Positions 20,579-29,821 of a stretch of 64,000 nt of DNA are shown here, piece after piece. Under the pieces are notes generated by a model. It did not search any database, was not told the DNA's origin, and was given only the letters and a program-made list of their open reading frames with translations. The position numbers and the translations under genes were made by a program. This DNA is from Lysobacterales bacterium (GTDB taxonomy: Bacteria > Pseudomonadota > Gammaproteobacteria > Xanthomonadales > SZUA-5), in NCBI GenBank assembly GCA_050250665.1, contig JBFWOF010000007.1, positions 32,112 to 96,111 of the forward strand, in the 5' to 3' direction. The number at the start of each line of letters is the position of its first letter. Within the stretch, counting starts at the first letter, position 1.

Positions 20579-21022
20579 ATGGCTACGAAAAAGCTCGCCG
20601 GCAAGAAAGTGGTGCGCAATGCCAAGCGCGAAGTCAGCGAAGTGCGTGACAACGCCCGTGACCTGCTGCTGGCTTCGATCGGCGCAGTGTCGATCACCCG
20701 CAAGCAGGGTGCCAGCTTCGTCGGCAATCTGCTGGAGCAGGGTCAGGAACTGCGCGGTCGTGCGCTGAAGCTGGCCGAAGGCAAGGTCGCCGATGTCCGC
20801 CAGCAGGTGGAAGGCGTGATTGGCAAGGTGCAGCAGCGCGCTGCCGCCAATCTGAGCCAGGTCGAGACCGTTGTCGGCGGTCAGGTGACCCGCGTGCTCG
20901 GTCGTCTGGGCGTGCCGTCCAAGGCGGACGTCAAGGAGCTGTCGCGCCGTGTGGCCGAGCTCAACAAGCAGGTCAAGGCGCTGCAGGCCGCGCGCAAGAC
21001 TGGCGAAGCCAAGGCTGCCTGA
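20579..21022 (+). CDS. phasin-family granule-associated protein (PhaI-like)
   Basis: ATG 20579 preceded by GAGGA. Motif LGRLGVPSKADVKELSRRVAELNKQV is typical of PhaF/PhaI-type phasins. 147 aa, no AKP tail. Confidence 0.75.
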   Translation: MATKKLAGKKVVRNAKREVSEVRDNARDLLLASIGAVSITRKQGASFVGNLLEQGQELRGRALKLAEGKVADVRQQVEGVIGKVQQRAAANLSQVETVVGGQVTRVLGRLGVPSKADVKELSRRVAELNKQVKALQAARKTGEAKAA

Positions 21023-21046
21023 TCAAGGCAGTGTCTGAGTTATGCC

Positions 21047-21078
21047 GAAGGGCCGGAGCAATCCGGCCCTTCTTGTTT
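21047..21078. terminator. bidirectional rho-independent terminator
   Basis: GAAGGGCCGG-agcaat-CCGGCCCTTC followed by TTGTTT. Lies between the convergent phasin and TetR genes. Confidence 0.65.
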
Positions 21079-21731
21079 CAGCTGTTGCCGAGATACTGAT
21101 CGGCCAGCCGCGTCAGATGGGCCCGCTCTGCCGATTTCAGATAGGGCGCAATCAACACCATCACCTGATAGATGCCACGGCCGAGATCGACGTCCGATTT
21201 TGCACTGGTCGCCGGCTTGATCTGCTGGAAATTGAGCCAGAAGGTGGTCAATACCACCGTGTTCTGCGAGATCGCCTCGATTTCGCGTTGACTGGCGAGC
21301 ATCGTTCCGGCCTTGACCATTTCCGTGCAGACCGTGGAAATGCTCTCGTGCGCGCGTTTGAGGATGCGCGAAAAATGCATCTTCAGTTTGCGGCTGCGCG
21401 TGAGCAGATCGACCAGATCACGGTAGACGAAGCGATAGTCCCAGATGCACTCGAACACCAGGTGCATCTGCAACCACATGTCTTCGAGATTGGGCGTGCG
21501 CCCCTCCGGAACCAGCAAGGCATCACCGATACGCTCCTCGAAGCGCGCGAACAGCTGCTCGATGATGTCGTCCTTGTTGCGGAAGTGGTAGTACAGGTTT
21601 CCCGGGCTGATCTCGAGTTCGTCGGCGATGTGATTGGTGGTGACGTTGGGCTCACCCTGCACGTTGAACATTTCCAGGCTCTTCGCCAGGATCCGATCAC
21701 GCGTCTTGACTGGCACCGGTTCGGGGCTCAC
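21078..21731 (-). CDS. TetR-family regulator, PhaD-like
   Basis: KTRDRILAKSLEMFNVQGEPNVTTNHIADELEISPGNLYYHF HTH and C-terminal YQVMVLIAPYL resemble Pseudomonas PhaD (from memory). Start placed at GTG 21731 with GAGG upstream, 7 nt after the ACBP stop. Confidence 0.8.
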   Translation of the reverse strand: MSPEPVPVKTRDRILAKSLEMFNVQGEPNVTTNHIADELEISPGNLYYHFRNKDDIIEQLFARFEERIGDALLVPEGRTPNLEDMWLQMHLVFECIWDYRFVYRDLVDLLTRSRKLKMHFSRILKRAHESISTVCTEMVKAGTMLASQREIEAISQNTVVLTTFWLNFQQIKPATSAKSDVDLGRGIYQVMVLIAPYLKSAERAHLTRLADQYLGNS

Positions 21732-21738
21732 ATCGACC

Positions 21739-22002
21739 TCAGAAGTTTCCGCCGAGGCGCTTGACCAGGTCGATGTACTTCTGCTTTGCCTCGTCATGGG
21801 TGAGGCCCTTGAGCTTCTCCCAGGCTTCGTACTTGGCGGTGCCAACGAAGTCGAAGAAGCCGGGCTTCGGACCCGATACATCACCTTCGGTCGCCTGCTT
21901 GAAGTGGCTGTACAGCTTCAGCATGGTGTCGTTGTCGGGACGTTCCGGCAACTGCTTGGCGGCTTCGGTGGCGGCTTGAAACTGGCTTTCGATGTCTGAC
22001 AT
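21739..22002 (-). CDS. acyl-CoA-binding protein (ACBP)
   Basis: 87 aa with LKLYSHFKQATEGD and KYEAWEKLKG motifs. ATG 22002 preceded by GGGGGAAA. Confidence 0.9.
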   Translation of the reverse strand: MSDIESQFQAATEAAKQLPERPDNDTMLKLYSHFKQATEGDVSGPKPGFFDFVGTAKYEAWEKLKGLTHDEAKQKYIDLVKRLGGNF

Positions 22003-22205
22003 CTGTGTTTCCCCCAGAAATGGATGGTCAATCCCGGTCGCCACTATCGTTCCGACGATCAGGATTCGCAAGTGTTCCTGACGACCCTCTCTACAACTAT
22101 CACGTTCTGGTTGCTAGCGGCTCGGCTTCAGGCTGGTTATCTTAGGCGACAATCCGCCGGTTCCGCGGCGGCCCAAATCTCGAAGAACTCGGGGGAGGAA
22201 CAGGC

Positions 22206-24197
22206 ATGACTTACTTCGTTACGGGCGCCACCGGCTTTCTGGGTCGATTCCTGATCGGGAATCTGCTCAAGCGCAAGGGCACGATTCATGTGCTGGTCCG
22301 GCGTGGCTCCAAGGAGAAGTTCGAGGCCTTGCAGGCCAGATACCCGGAAGCCGGGGATCGTCTGGTGGCCGTCACTGGCGATCTGACCAAGGCCAAACTC
22401 GGTCTGAGTGCCCAGGCGCAGTCGCAGCTGAAGGGCAAGATCAAGCACTTCTTCCATCTCGCAGCCATCTATGACCTGTCGGCCAGTGCCGAATCGCAGC
22501 AGGCGGCAAACATCGACGGTACCCGCAATGCGGTGCAGCTGGCCGAGGCAGTAGGAGCAGGTTGCTTCCATCACGTCAGTTCGATTGCGGCCGCGGGCCT
22601 GTATTCGGGTGTGTTCCGCGAAGACATGTTCGACGAAGCAGAGAACCTGGATCACCCCTATTTCCGCACCAAGCATGATTCCGAAGGCATCGTCCGCAAG
22701 GAATGCAAGCGTCCCTTCCGCATCTACCGGCCGGGCATGGTCGTTGGTCATTCCCAGACTGGTGAGATCGACAAGATCGACGGCCCCTACTACTTCTTCA
22801 CCCTGCTCAAGCGCATGCGTGAGCTGTTGCCGCCGTGGATGCCCTTGCTGGGCATGGAAGGCGGACGCATCAACCTGGTGCCGGTGGATTTCGTGGTCAA
22901 CGCCATGGACCACATCGCCCATGAGAAAGGCTACGACGGCGGCTGCTTTCACCTCACTGATCCGGCGCCGCGCCGGGTCGGCGAGGTGCTGAACAGCTTC
23001 GCCTATGCCGGACATGCGCCGGAAATGACCATGCGCATCGACGCCCGCATCTTCCAGATCATCCCGGCCTCCATCCGCGGGGCGATCGGCATGCTGCCGC
23101 CGGTGCGACGGATCATGGGGCACGTGCTCAAGAGCCTGAACATTCCGGCCGATGTCCTGAAGTTCTTCAATTATCCGACCCGTTTCGACAGTCGCGAAAC
23201 CGAGCGCGCGCTCAAGGGCTCCGGCATCAAGGTGCCCGATCTCGACACCTACGCCTGGCGCCTCTGGGATTATTGGGAGCGCCACCTCGACCCCGATCTG
23301 TTCGTCGATCGCTCGCTGTCCAGCCGGGTCAAGGACAAGGTGGTCCTGATCACCGGTGGCTCCTCGGGCATCGGCCTGGCGACCGCCAGGAAGGTGGCTG
23401 CCGCCGGCGCACGCACGCTGATCTGTGCGCGCGGACTGGAAGATCTGGAAAAGGCCAAGGCCGAGATCGAGGCCGAGACCAAGAACGCCAAGGTGTTCAT
23501 CTATCAGGTGGATCTGGCGGAGTTGTCGTCAGCGGACGATCTGGTCAAGAAGGTCACTGCCGAGCATGGCGCGGTTGACGTGCTGATCAACAACGCCGGT
23601 CGTTCGATCCGGCGATCGATCGAACTGTCCTACGACCGCTTCCACGACTTCGAGCGCACCATGCAGCTGAACTATTTCGGTTCACTGCGGCTGGTCATGG
23701 GCTTTCTGCCGGGCATGACCGAGCGCCGCAAGGGCCATGTGATCAACATCAGCTCGATTGGCGTGCTCACCAACGCGCCGCGCTTCTCGGCCTACGTGGC
23801 CAGCAAGGCCGCGCTGGATGCCTTCTCGCGCTGCGCCGCCAGCGAGTTCTCCGACAAGAACATCCACTTCACGATCATCAACATGCCCTTGGTGAAGACG
23901 CCGATGATTGGCCCCACCAAGATCTACGACAACGTGCCTACGTTGACCCCTGACGAGGCTGCTGACATGGTCGTGCGCGGCATCATCGAGCGGCCGCATC
24001 GATTGGCGACACGGATGGGCATCTTCGCGGAAATGCTGCATCTGATGGCGCCCAAGGTCTATCAGGTGGTGCTCAACACCGCTTTCCAGCTGTTCCCGGA
24101 TTCCGCCGCTGCCAAGGGCGTGAAGGGCGGCCAGGAAGCACCGCCGTCGAGCGAGCAGGTGGCTTTCGCATCGCTGATGCGGGGCGTGCACTGGTAG
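22206..24197 (+). CDS. two-domain fatty acyl-CoA/aldehyde reductase (NAD(P)-binding reductase domain + SDR domain)
   Basis: N-terminal VTGATGFLG Rossmann. Second domain ITGGSSGIG with YVASK (YxxxK). At 663 aa the architecture matches the ~661-aa Marinobacter fatty alcohol-forming reductase (from memory). Confidence 0.8.
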   Translation: MTYFVTGATGFLGRFLIGNLLKRKGTIHVLVRRGSKEKFEALQARYPEAGDRLVAVTGDLTKAKLGLSAQAQSQLKGKIKHFFHLAAIYDLSASAESQQAANIDGTRNAVQLAEAVGAGCFHHVSSIAAAGLYSGVFREDMFDEAENLDHPYFRTKHDSEGIVRKECKRPFRIYRPGMVVGHSQTGEIDKIDGPYYFFTLLKRMRELLPPWMPLLGMEGGRINLVPVDFVVNAMDHIAHEKGYDGGCFHLTDPAPRRVGEVLNSFAYAGHAPEMTMRIDARIFQIIPASIRGAIGMLPPVRRIMGHVLKSLNIPADVLKFFNYPTRFDSRETERALKGSGIKVPDLDTYAWRLWDYWERHLDPDLFVDRSLSSRVKDKVVLITGGSSGIGLATARKVAAAGARTLICARGLEDLEKAKAEIEAETKNAKVFIYQVDLAELSSADDLVKKVTAEHGAVDVLINNAGRSIRRSIELSYDRFHDFERTMQLNYFGSLRLVMGFLPGMTERRKGHVINISSIGVLTNAPRFSAYVASKAALDAFSRCAASEFSDKNIHFTIINMPLVKTPMIGPTKIYDNVPTLTPDEAADMVVRGIIERPHRLATRMGIFAEMLHLMAPKVYQVVLNTAFQLFPDSAAAKGVKGGQEAPPSSEQVAFASLMRGVHW

Positions 24198-24223
24198 TCT
24201 GCCGAGCGGCATTGCTGCAAACG

Positions 24224-24251
24224 AAAAAGGCGCCCTCAGGGGCGCCTTTTT
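24224..24251. terminator. rho-independent terminator (bidirectional A/T flanks)
   Basis: AAAAA-GGCGCCC-tcag-GGGCGCC-TTTTT, 27 nt after the reductase stop. Confidence 0.8.
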
Positions 24252-24708
24252 CGTTCTTGGCCCGGTCATGGTCAAGCGCAGTTGATTGACGGGTCCATAC
24301 GAGTCGACTGTTTCGGCCCGAAACTGCGGCGGCTTGCAGGTCGCGACGCGAGGCCGCTCCAGTGTGTAGCCCGTTGTGCCGAGCAGCGGCTCAGCGGGGC
24401 TTTTTCGCGTCACCGCCCGCAGAGCGCTGCGCGCACTTCGGGCTACGCAGAGCCGCTTTGCCACAGTCTCGTAAATTCAACAACTTACGATGCCGGTTGA
24501 TGGAAAGCCAACGGTGTCGGCCTGCCGCAGAAGCTCGCCCGTCAGTCTCGGTAGCGAGTTGCGAATGGGCGCCTCAAAAAAGGTGCCCGCCAGCCGGCCG
24601 GTCGGGGAGGGCGATCGGCAAAAAACGTTGGCTGGCGGACATGGAAACGGGGGCGCATCCTTGCGCCAAAGGTCGGCGAGTGGCTCGCCGACCTGATATC
24701 AGCCTGAA

Positions 24709-25404
24709 TCAGGCCGCCGGCTTGGTTTCCGCAGCCGCGACCACGGCTTCGGTGGTCTTCGGCGCAGCAGCCTTCTTCGGCGCCGCAGCCTTCGGCGCAG
24801 CAGCCTTCTTCGGCGCAGCAGCCTTCGGAGCAGCGGCCTTCTTCGGGGCAGCAGCCTTCGGAGCGGCGGCCTTCGGAGCAGCCTTCTTCGGCGCTGCAGC
24901 CTTCGGAGCAGCAGCCTTCGGAGCAGCAGCCTTCGGAGCAGCAGCCTTCTTCGGCGTTGCGGCGCGGTTGCCCGCATCCAGCGAACGCACGGCCTTGCTC
25001 AGCTCGTCAACGCGCTTGGCCAGCTCTTCCAGCTCTTCGCGACCCGGAATGCCGAGAGTGCCCAGAGCCTTGGAGACGCGATTCTCGAACACCTGTTCGA
25101 GGCGGTCCCAAGTGTCAGAGGCTCGTTCCTTGACCTGTGTAACGGTGGTTTCGACCATGCCGCGCACTTCCTCAACTTTGTTGCCGGTCAGCTTGCGCGT
25201 CGCTTTCTCAAGCACTGCGCCTTCCTTGACCAGCGTCTCGTAGAACTTGCCGCTCTGCTCCTGTGCCTTGGAGAAAGCACCCAAGCCTGCCAGCCAGATC
25301 TGCTCGGCCTGTTCCATGACGGCCTTGGCGGTGTTCTTCAGCGTGTTCTCGCTGGCGGAATCCTTGGCCTTGGCCTTGAATTTGGTACCTTTGGAAGTTT
25401 TCAT
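24709..25404 (-). CDS. PhaF-like granule-associated protein (phasin domain + AAPK histone-H1-like tail)
   Basis: N-terminal IWLAGLGAFSKAQE, mid LGIPGREELEELAKRVDELSKAV, then ~69 aa of AAAPK/AAAPKK repeats. Confidence 0.8.
   Translation of the reverse strand: MKTSKGTKFKAKAKDSASENTLKNTAKAVMEQAEQIWLAGLGAFSKAQEQSGKFYETLVKEGAVLEKATRKLTGNKVEEVRGMVETTVTQVKERASDTWDRLEQVFENRVSKALGTLGIPGREELEELAKRVDELSKAVRSLDAGNRAATPKKAAAPKAAAPKAAAPKAAAPKKAAPKAAAPKAAAPKKAAAPKAAAPKKAAAPKAAAPKKAAAPKTTEAVVAAAETKPAA
24757..24963 (-). repeat. tandem 15/18-bp coding repeats (AAAPK / AAAPKK)
   Basis: Direct reading: GCAGCCTTCGG / GCAGCCTTCTTCGG periodicity on the + strand. Confidence 0.85.
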
Positions 25405-25532
25405 CTTGACCCTCTGCTCGTTCCAGCCTCGCCCCGCTTCGCCAGGTGCGAAGCGCAGGAATGTGGAGGCATGGTGCGGCCCGGGGCTAGAATATTCACA
25501 CTATGCAAAGCCTATTCGACGCGGTTTTTCGG

Positions 25533-26855
25533 TCAATATGGGCTTGCATTCTCAGGGAATTGTTCGATAGGGGCCGATTTGCGACGTGAGTTGGAAGGGC
25601 GCTTGCGGCCTTCCTGCAGACGCCGGGTTCGCTGCAGTGCTCGATCAAGTTCATTCAGCGATCGGTCCAGCCGTGACAGCAAGGTCGAGTTCGGCGGCCT
25701 GGTGCCTTCCAGACCATCCCAAACCGTGCGCTCGGTATCTTCGAGTATGTCGTCGCGCAGACTCAACCCATGCCGTTCCAGCACCGGCTGCAGCTGCTCG
25801 CGGCGCAGCCGCAGATCGGCCAGCGTGGTGGCATAGGCGTGTTCGCACAGTCGGCGGCGACTGCTGAAACTGAAGACGTTGGTGAAGAACATCTCGGCGT
25901 CGTCCAGATCCGGCTGGAACAGCACCAGATCGGAATGATCGTAAGCCTTGTCATATTTGCCGAAGCCGACCCGCATGCGTGAATAGAGCATGGCCCGGAT
26001 GGTTTGCGAGATGACCCTGGGAAAACCGCCATCCACGAGGCTGGCCGGAGGTTCATCGCCACGGTCGCGCATGCGCGAGGCATCAAAGGGTACCAACGGA
26101 TTCAATGCCAGCAGCAGGTCGATATCCTCATCCAGCGCGATCGAGGCGTGCAGCGTGCGTTGCAGGGCGCCGTCGACGTAGTAGCGGCCATTGATTTCCA
26201 CTGGCGGATAGAAGCCCGGCAGTGCCGAACTGGCCTGGACGGCCTTGGATATCGGCACGGTGTTGTCGGTGCCTGTGCCAAAGCGCACGGCGTGGCCGGT
26301 GTCGATGTCCACGGCCACCACATACAGCGGCCGATCCAGCTTGCGGAAATCGTTGCTGCGGCCGGGCGCATTGAAGATGCCGCTGAGGTAGCGCTCGATG
26401 CCCTCATTGTCGAACAGACCGGTGGGAATCGCCGCGCCTAGCCGGCCCAATGACTCACTCCACCGAACCGAACGTGGATGCAGGGCCAGATCGACCAGCC
26501 AGTCGGCCAGGATTCCCGGCACGGCGCTCAGGCGCTTGATGTATTCGTAGAAAGCCGGCTTCAGGAAGTGTTCCGGACGGAACTGATGCTCGGGCGATTC
26601 CTCGGTGATGAACATGCGGCACATTTCCGCCGAATCGACCCGGTTGGCGAGGCCAGCCGCCAGAAACGCGCCCGAGCTCACGCCCACGTAAACGTCCAGC
26701 CGGGTCAGGTCCAGCCCGTCTATGGCCTCGTCCAGCGCCCGCAGGGCGCCCATTTCGTAGATGCCACCGATCGGGCCGCCGCCGGCAACCGCCAGTCCGA
26801 TCCGGTGCGGGGTGTTCAGTGAACGGGTTCGACGAGCTTCCTGCAAATGCAGCAT
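25533..26855 (-). CDS. patatin-like phospholipase/lipase
   Basis: Oxyanion AGGGPIGG, nucleophile elbow GVSSGA, catalytic DGAL; 440 aa. Confidence 0.85.
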   Translation of the reverse strand: MLHLQEARRTRSLNTPHRIGLAVAGGGPIGGIYEMGALRALDEAIDGLDLTRLDVYVGVSSGAFLAAGLANRVDSAEMCRMFITEESPEHQFRPEHFLKPAFYEYIKRLSAVPGILADWLVDLALHPRSVRWSESLGRLGAAIPTGLFDNEGIERYLSGIFNAPGRSNDFRKLDRPLYVVAVDIDTGHAVRFGTGTDNTVPISKAVQASSALPGFYPPVEINGRYYVDGALQRTLHASIALDEDIDLLLALNPLVPFDASRMRDRGDEPPASLVDGGFPRVISQTIRAMLYSRMRVGFGKYDKAYDHSDLVLFQPDLDDAEMFFTNVFSFSSRRRLCEHAYATTLADLRLRREQLQPVLERHGLSLRDDILEDTERTVWDGLEGTRPPNSTLLSRLDRSLNELDRALQRTRRLQEGRKRPSNSRRKSAPIEQFPENASPY

Positions 26856-26929
26856 TCTGGGGCATCCCTGATTCTGATCGCGCCCGATTGTAGTCTCGCT
26901 GGCTTTGACAGTTCGCTCGGCATGCGCGC

Positions 26930-27955
26930 TTGTTTACCTTCTTCATGCTGCGGCAGTGGAGTGTGCGATCTATTGCGCTGGCGCAAACTATGTCCATGAA
27001 CGATCGAGAATTTTTGCCGCCACAGGCACATCGCCCCACCCTGAAGTGGGCTCTTGTTGCGGTCTGGCTGGCGCAGCTGGCGCTGCTGGTGTGGGTGGCG
27101 CTGGCGCTGCGTGCCCAGGGGTGGACCTGGCTTGGCGCCGCGTCGAGCGTCGTCCTGGTCTGGTTGCTGCTGCAGGGATTGCTGCTGGCCTTCCCCTATG
27201 TGCTGAAGTGGCGACTGGGCGATTGGTCGCGGGAGATCCGGGGATCGCTGCGGCAGATGCTGCGCACGTTGAGTGTCGAAGCAGGCTGGATGACACGCTT
27301 CTATCTGATCGAACATCCGTGGCGAGGTGCGCCGATGCAGCTGCAGCCCGCGGATCAGCGCCTGCCGCTGCTGCTGGTGCACGGATTTCTCTGCAATGGT
27401 GCGGTCTGGAATCCGCTGGCGGCTGACCTTCGGGCTGCGGGGCGCAGTTTCGCCAGCGTGTCCCTGGAGCCGAGCTACCGGGATTTCCAGCAACAGCTGC
27501 GTGATCTCGATGCCGCGGTGTCCATGTGGCTGGCCGCCACCGGCGTATCACGATTGATCCTGATCGGGCACAGCATGGGCGGACTGCTGGCGCGAGCGTA
27601 CGCCGATCGCGATCCGCAACGCTGCGCGGCGGTGATCTGCGTAGCGGCACCGCATCATGGCACCTATCTCGGCGACTGGTTCCACGGATTGGAAGGCGGT
27701 CCGCCTTCGCCCCGTTGCCGGTGGCTGCAGGAGTACAACGCCCGCAGCCAGGAGCGGATTGCGGTGCCGGCCTTGAATCTGTGGAGTGCTGACGACAGTA
27801 TCGTGTTGCCGGCTGCCAGCGCGCAGCTCGCGGCGACGCCCGAGCAGGCTCTGCATGGCCATGGTCATATGGCACTGGTGGCGGCGCCCGCAGCCCGTGC
27901 CCTGTTGATGCGTACACTGGGCGAACTTGAATCCGGCCTGGAGGGCTCATCGTGA
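26930..27955 (+). CDS. membrane-anchored alpha/beta-hydrolase (lipase/esterase-like)
   Basis: Two N-terminal TM helices, LLLVHGFLCNG, nucleophile elbow GHSMGG. Start 26930 or ATG 26990. Confidence 0.75.
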   Translation: MFTFFMLRQWSVRSIALAQTMSMNDREFLPPQAHRPTLKWALVAVWLAQLALLVWVALALRAQGWTWLGAASSVVLVWLLLQGLLLAFPYVLKWRLGDWSREIRGSLRQMLRTLSVEAGWMTRFYLIEHPWRGAPMQLQPADQRLPLLLVHGFLCNGAVWNPLAADLRAAGRSFASVSLEPSYRDFQQQLRDLDAAVSMWLAATGVSRLILIGHSMGGLLARAYADRDPQRCAAVICVAAPHHGTYLGDWFHGLEGGPPSPRCRWLQEYNARSQERIAVPALNLWSADDSIVLPAASAQLAATPEQALHGHGHMALVAAPAARALLMRTLGELESGLEGSS

Positions 27956-28001
27956 CGCGAATCGGGAATCCATCGACGTCCACAGACAAGGTCAAGTCCA
28001 T

Positions 28002-28739
28002 ATGAGTGCCATCGGTGAACGCCTGCGCGCCCTGCTGAACCGATTGCAGCAGCAGCACCAGCGATCTGGCGCCGATGCCGACGTCGCCCGGCGTCTGGCG
28101 GCACTGCGGGCCTGGCAATCGCGACGGCTGGCCGCCAGCTACGCCGATATCCGCCAGCAACCCCGATTTGCGGCAGCCTGCGAGTTCTTTCTGGCCGATC
28201 TCTATGGAGAGGGTGATTTTGCCGACCGTGACCGGGCCGTGGAGCGGGTGGTGCCGATCATGATGCGATTGCTGCCCGAAGGTGTGCTCGCCAGTCTGGC
28301 ACGTGCGATCGAGCTCAATGCGCTCAGTCAGGAGCTCGATTACGGCATGGCTGCGGCTCTGCCCGGACATTGCACGCACGCCGATGCCATCACCGATGTC
28401 GATTACGCCGCCGCCTACGCGCTGTCAGCCGAACGTCAGGCCCGCCGTCGGCAACTGGCCCTGCTGCTGGTGCTGGGGCGTGAACTCGACCGGCTGGTGC
28501 GCAAGCCAATGCTGTCCGAATTACTGCACCTGTGCCGCTGGCCGGCGCGGATGGCGGGCCTCGGCGCGTTGCAGAGTTTTCTCGAGCGCGGCTTCGATGC
28601 CTTTGGCAAGCTCGGCGGTGCCAATGTGTTTCTGGGTACGATCCTGCTGCGCGAGCGCGCCTTCATGCGTGCCGTCGACCGCGTGCTCGACGGCAATGCC
28701 CAGTTGCGACTTCAGGATCCGAATTCCTGGTCCAGGTAG
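28002..28739 (+). CDS. hypothetical protein with FFLADLY motif (possibly the family named for an FFLEELY motif; from memory, unverified)
   Basis: 245 aa, helical, motif ACEFFLADLYGEGDF. Start placed at ATG 28002. Confidence 0.45.
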   Translation: MSAIGERLRALLNRLQQQHQRSGADADVARRLAALRAWQSRRLAASYADIRQQPRFAAACEFFLADLYGEGDFADRDRAVERVVPIMMRLLPEGVLASLARAIELNALSQELDYGMAAALPGHCTHADAITDVDYAAAYALSAERQARRRQLALLLVLGRELDRLVRKPMLSELLHLCRWPARMAGLGALQSFLERGFDAFGKLGGANVFLGTILLRERAFMRAVDRVLDGNAQLRLQDPNSWSR

Positions 28740-28990
28740 CGCCCGATTTCCTGCTCGATGGCCGACTTGATCGGCAGCAACAGCCAGCTGATGTTCGCGT
28801 GCACTGACACCGAATCGGCCTCCACCGCGATCTCGCCATCCACGCCCACGCGCGAGAACTCCAGCGTGTTGCGATTCCAGCGGGCGTCGATCTCGAACTT
28901 GTCCCGAATGTGCTTGGCGACCTTGTCGACCGCCTTCTTGGCCTTGGTGACACCCAGTTCGTGCTGTCGATGCATGCGTATAGTGGCCAT
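28712..28990 (-). CDS. small polyhydroxyalkanoic-acid-system protein (PHA_gran_rgn type)
   Basis: 92 aa. Pattern H.LG...AK.AVDKVA..I...F.I...W..N.L.F.R.GV.G.I.V ... IEQEI..YLD matches that family as I remember it. Confidence 0.65.
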   Translation of the reverse strand: MATIRMHRQHELGVTKAKKAVDKVAKHIRDKFEIDARWNRNTLEFSRVGVDGEIAVEADSVSVHANISWLLLPIKSAIEQEIGRYLDQEFGS

Positions 28991-29029
28991 ATCGAGCCCT
29001 CCCTTGCCCGGATCAGGTCAGGGTTGATT

Positions 29030-29821
29030 ATGATGAAAGCCAAGTCCCGTGGGGAGCATTCTGTGCGCATCTGTCTCGCCGTGTGGTTGCTGGGAGTCTC
29101 ATTGCCGCTTCTGGCACAGGAACAGCCGCGTTCGCAGCCCGCTGCGGCGGCCCCCAGAGTCCAATCTGAGCCCGCGGCTCCTGCCGCTGCAAGGCCGGCG
29201 GAAGCTGCAACGATGAAGCTGCACGGCCAGCTGCTCCTGAGCAGTGGCGGGCGACCGCTGCGCAGCGAAGAAGCCCAGGATGCGGTTGTCTACTTTCGAC
29301 CGGATTCGCCGGTAGCGCCGGTGGTGCCGACAACACCTTTCGTCATTGCCACCGAGCGCAAGACCTTCGTGCCCAGAGTCTTGCCGATACCGGTCGGTGC
29401 CAGCGTGCGTTTTCCGAACAACGATCCAATTCTGCACAACGTCTTTTCCAGCACCCGCGAGGCCGCCTTCGACCTCGGCCTGTACGGGCGCAGCGAGGGC
29501 GAGAGCTATCACTTCACCCAGCCGGGGGTGATTCGGGTGTTCTGCAATGTGCATCACGCCATGGTGGCCCATGTGCTGGTGCTCGATACGCCATTCTTCA
29601 CCAAGCCCGACGCCCAGGGCAGATTCAATCTGAAAGGAATTCCTCCCGGCCCCGGTGAACTGTTCGTGTGGCATGAACGGGCCCAGCTCTGGCGGAGTAA
29701 GATCAGTGCTGGCACAGATGACGAGGTCAAGGTGCAGCTGGAGCTGAGCAAGCGGCGGGTGCCGCCGCATCTCAACAAGACCGGCCAGCCCTACCGGAGG
29801 ACAAGGCCTGATGAGTACTGA
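29030..29821 (+). CDS. periplasmic cupredoxin-fold-like protein
   Basis: Signal peptide (LAVWLLGVSLPLLAQE). VRFPNNDPILHNVFS ... VFCNVHHAMVAHVLV resembles plastocyanin-like / methylamine-utilisation-annotated proteins. 11-nt overlap with the next gene. Confidence 0.55.
   Translation: MMKAKSRGEHSVRICLAVWLLGVSLPLLAQEQPRSQPAAAAPRVQSEPAAPAAARPAEAATMKLHGQLLLSSGGRPLRSEEAQDAVVYFRPDSPVAPVVPTTPFVIATERKTFVPRVLPIPVGASVRFPNNDPILHNVFSSTREAAFDLGLYGRSEGESYHFTQPGVIRVFCNVHHAMVAHVLVLDTPFFTKPDAQGRFNLKGIPPGPGELFVWHERAQLWRSKISAGTDDEVKVQLELSKRRVPPHLNKTGQPYRRTRPDEY

Noticed and set aside
22046-22059. Small palindrome ATCGT-tccg-ACGAT in the ACBP/reductase divergent promoter region as the PhaD-like operator
   Set aside because: It is only a 5-bp half-site, expected by chance in a 200-bp region. 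It is kept only as a place to start footprinting, not as a called feature.
24362-25243. 293-aa plus-strand ORF with an AAFFGAAAFGAAAF repeat
   Set aside because: It is the reverse-complement reading of the AAAPK repeat tail and phasin domain of the PhaF-like gene. The minus-strand reading has recognisable phasin motifs.
28712-28739. Two convergent gene pairs each overlap by exactly 28 nt (28712-28739 and 34572-34599)
   Set aside because: The overlapping sequences are unrelated, so the equal length appears coincidental. Start and stop assignments are otherwise ordinary.
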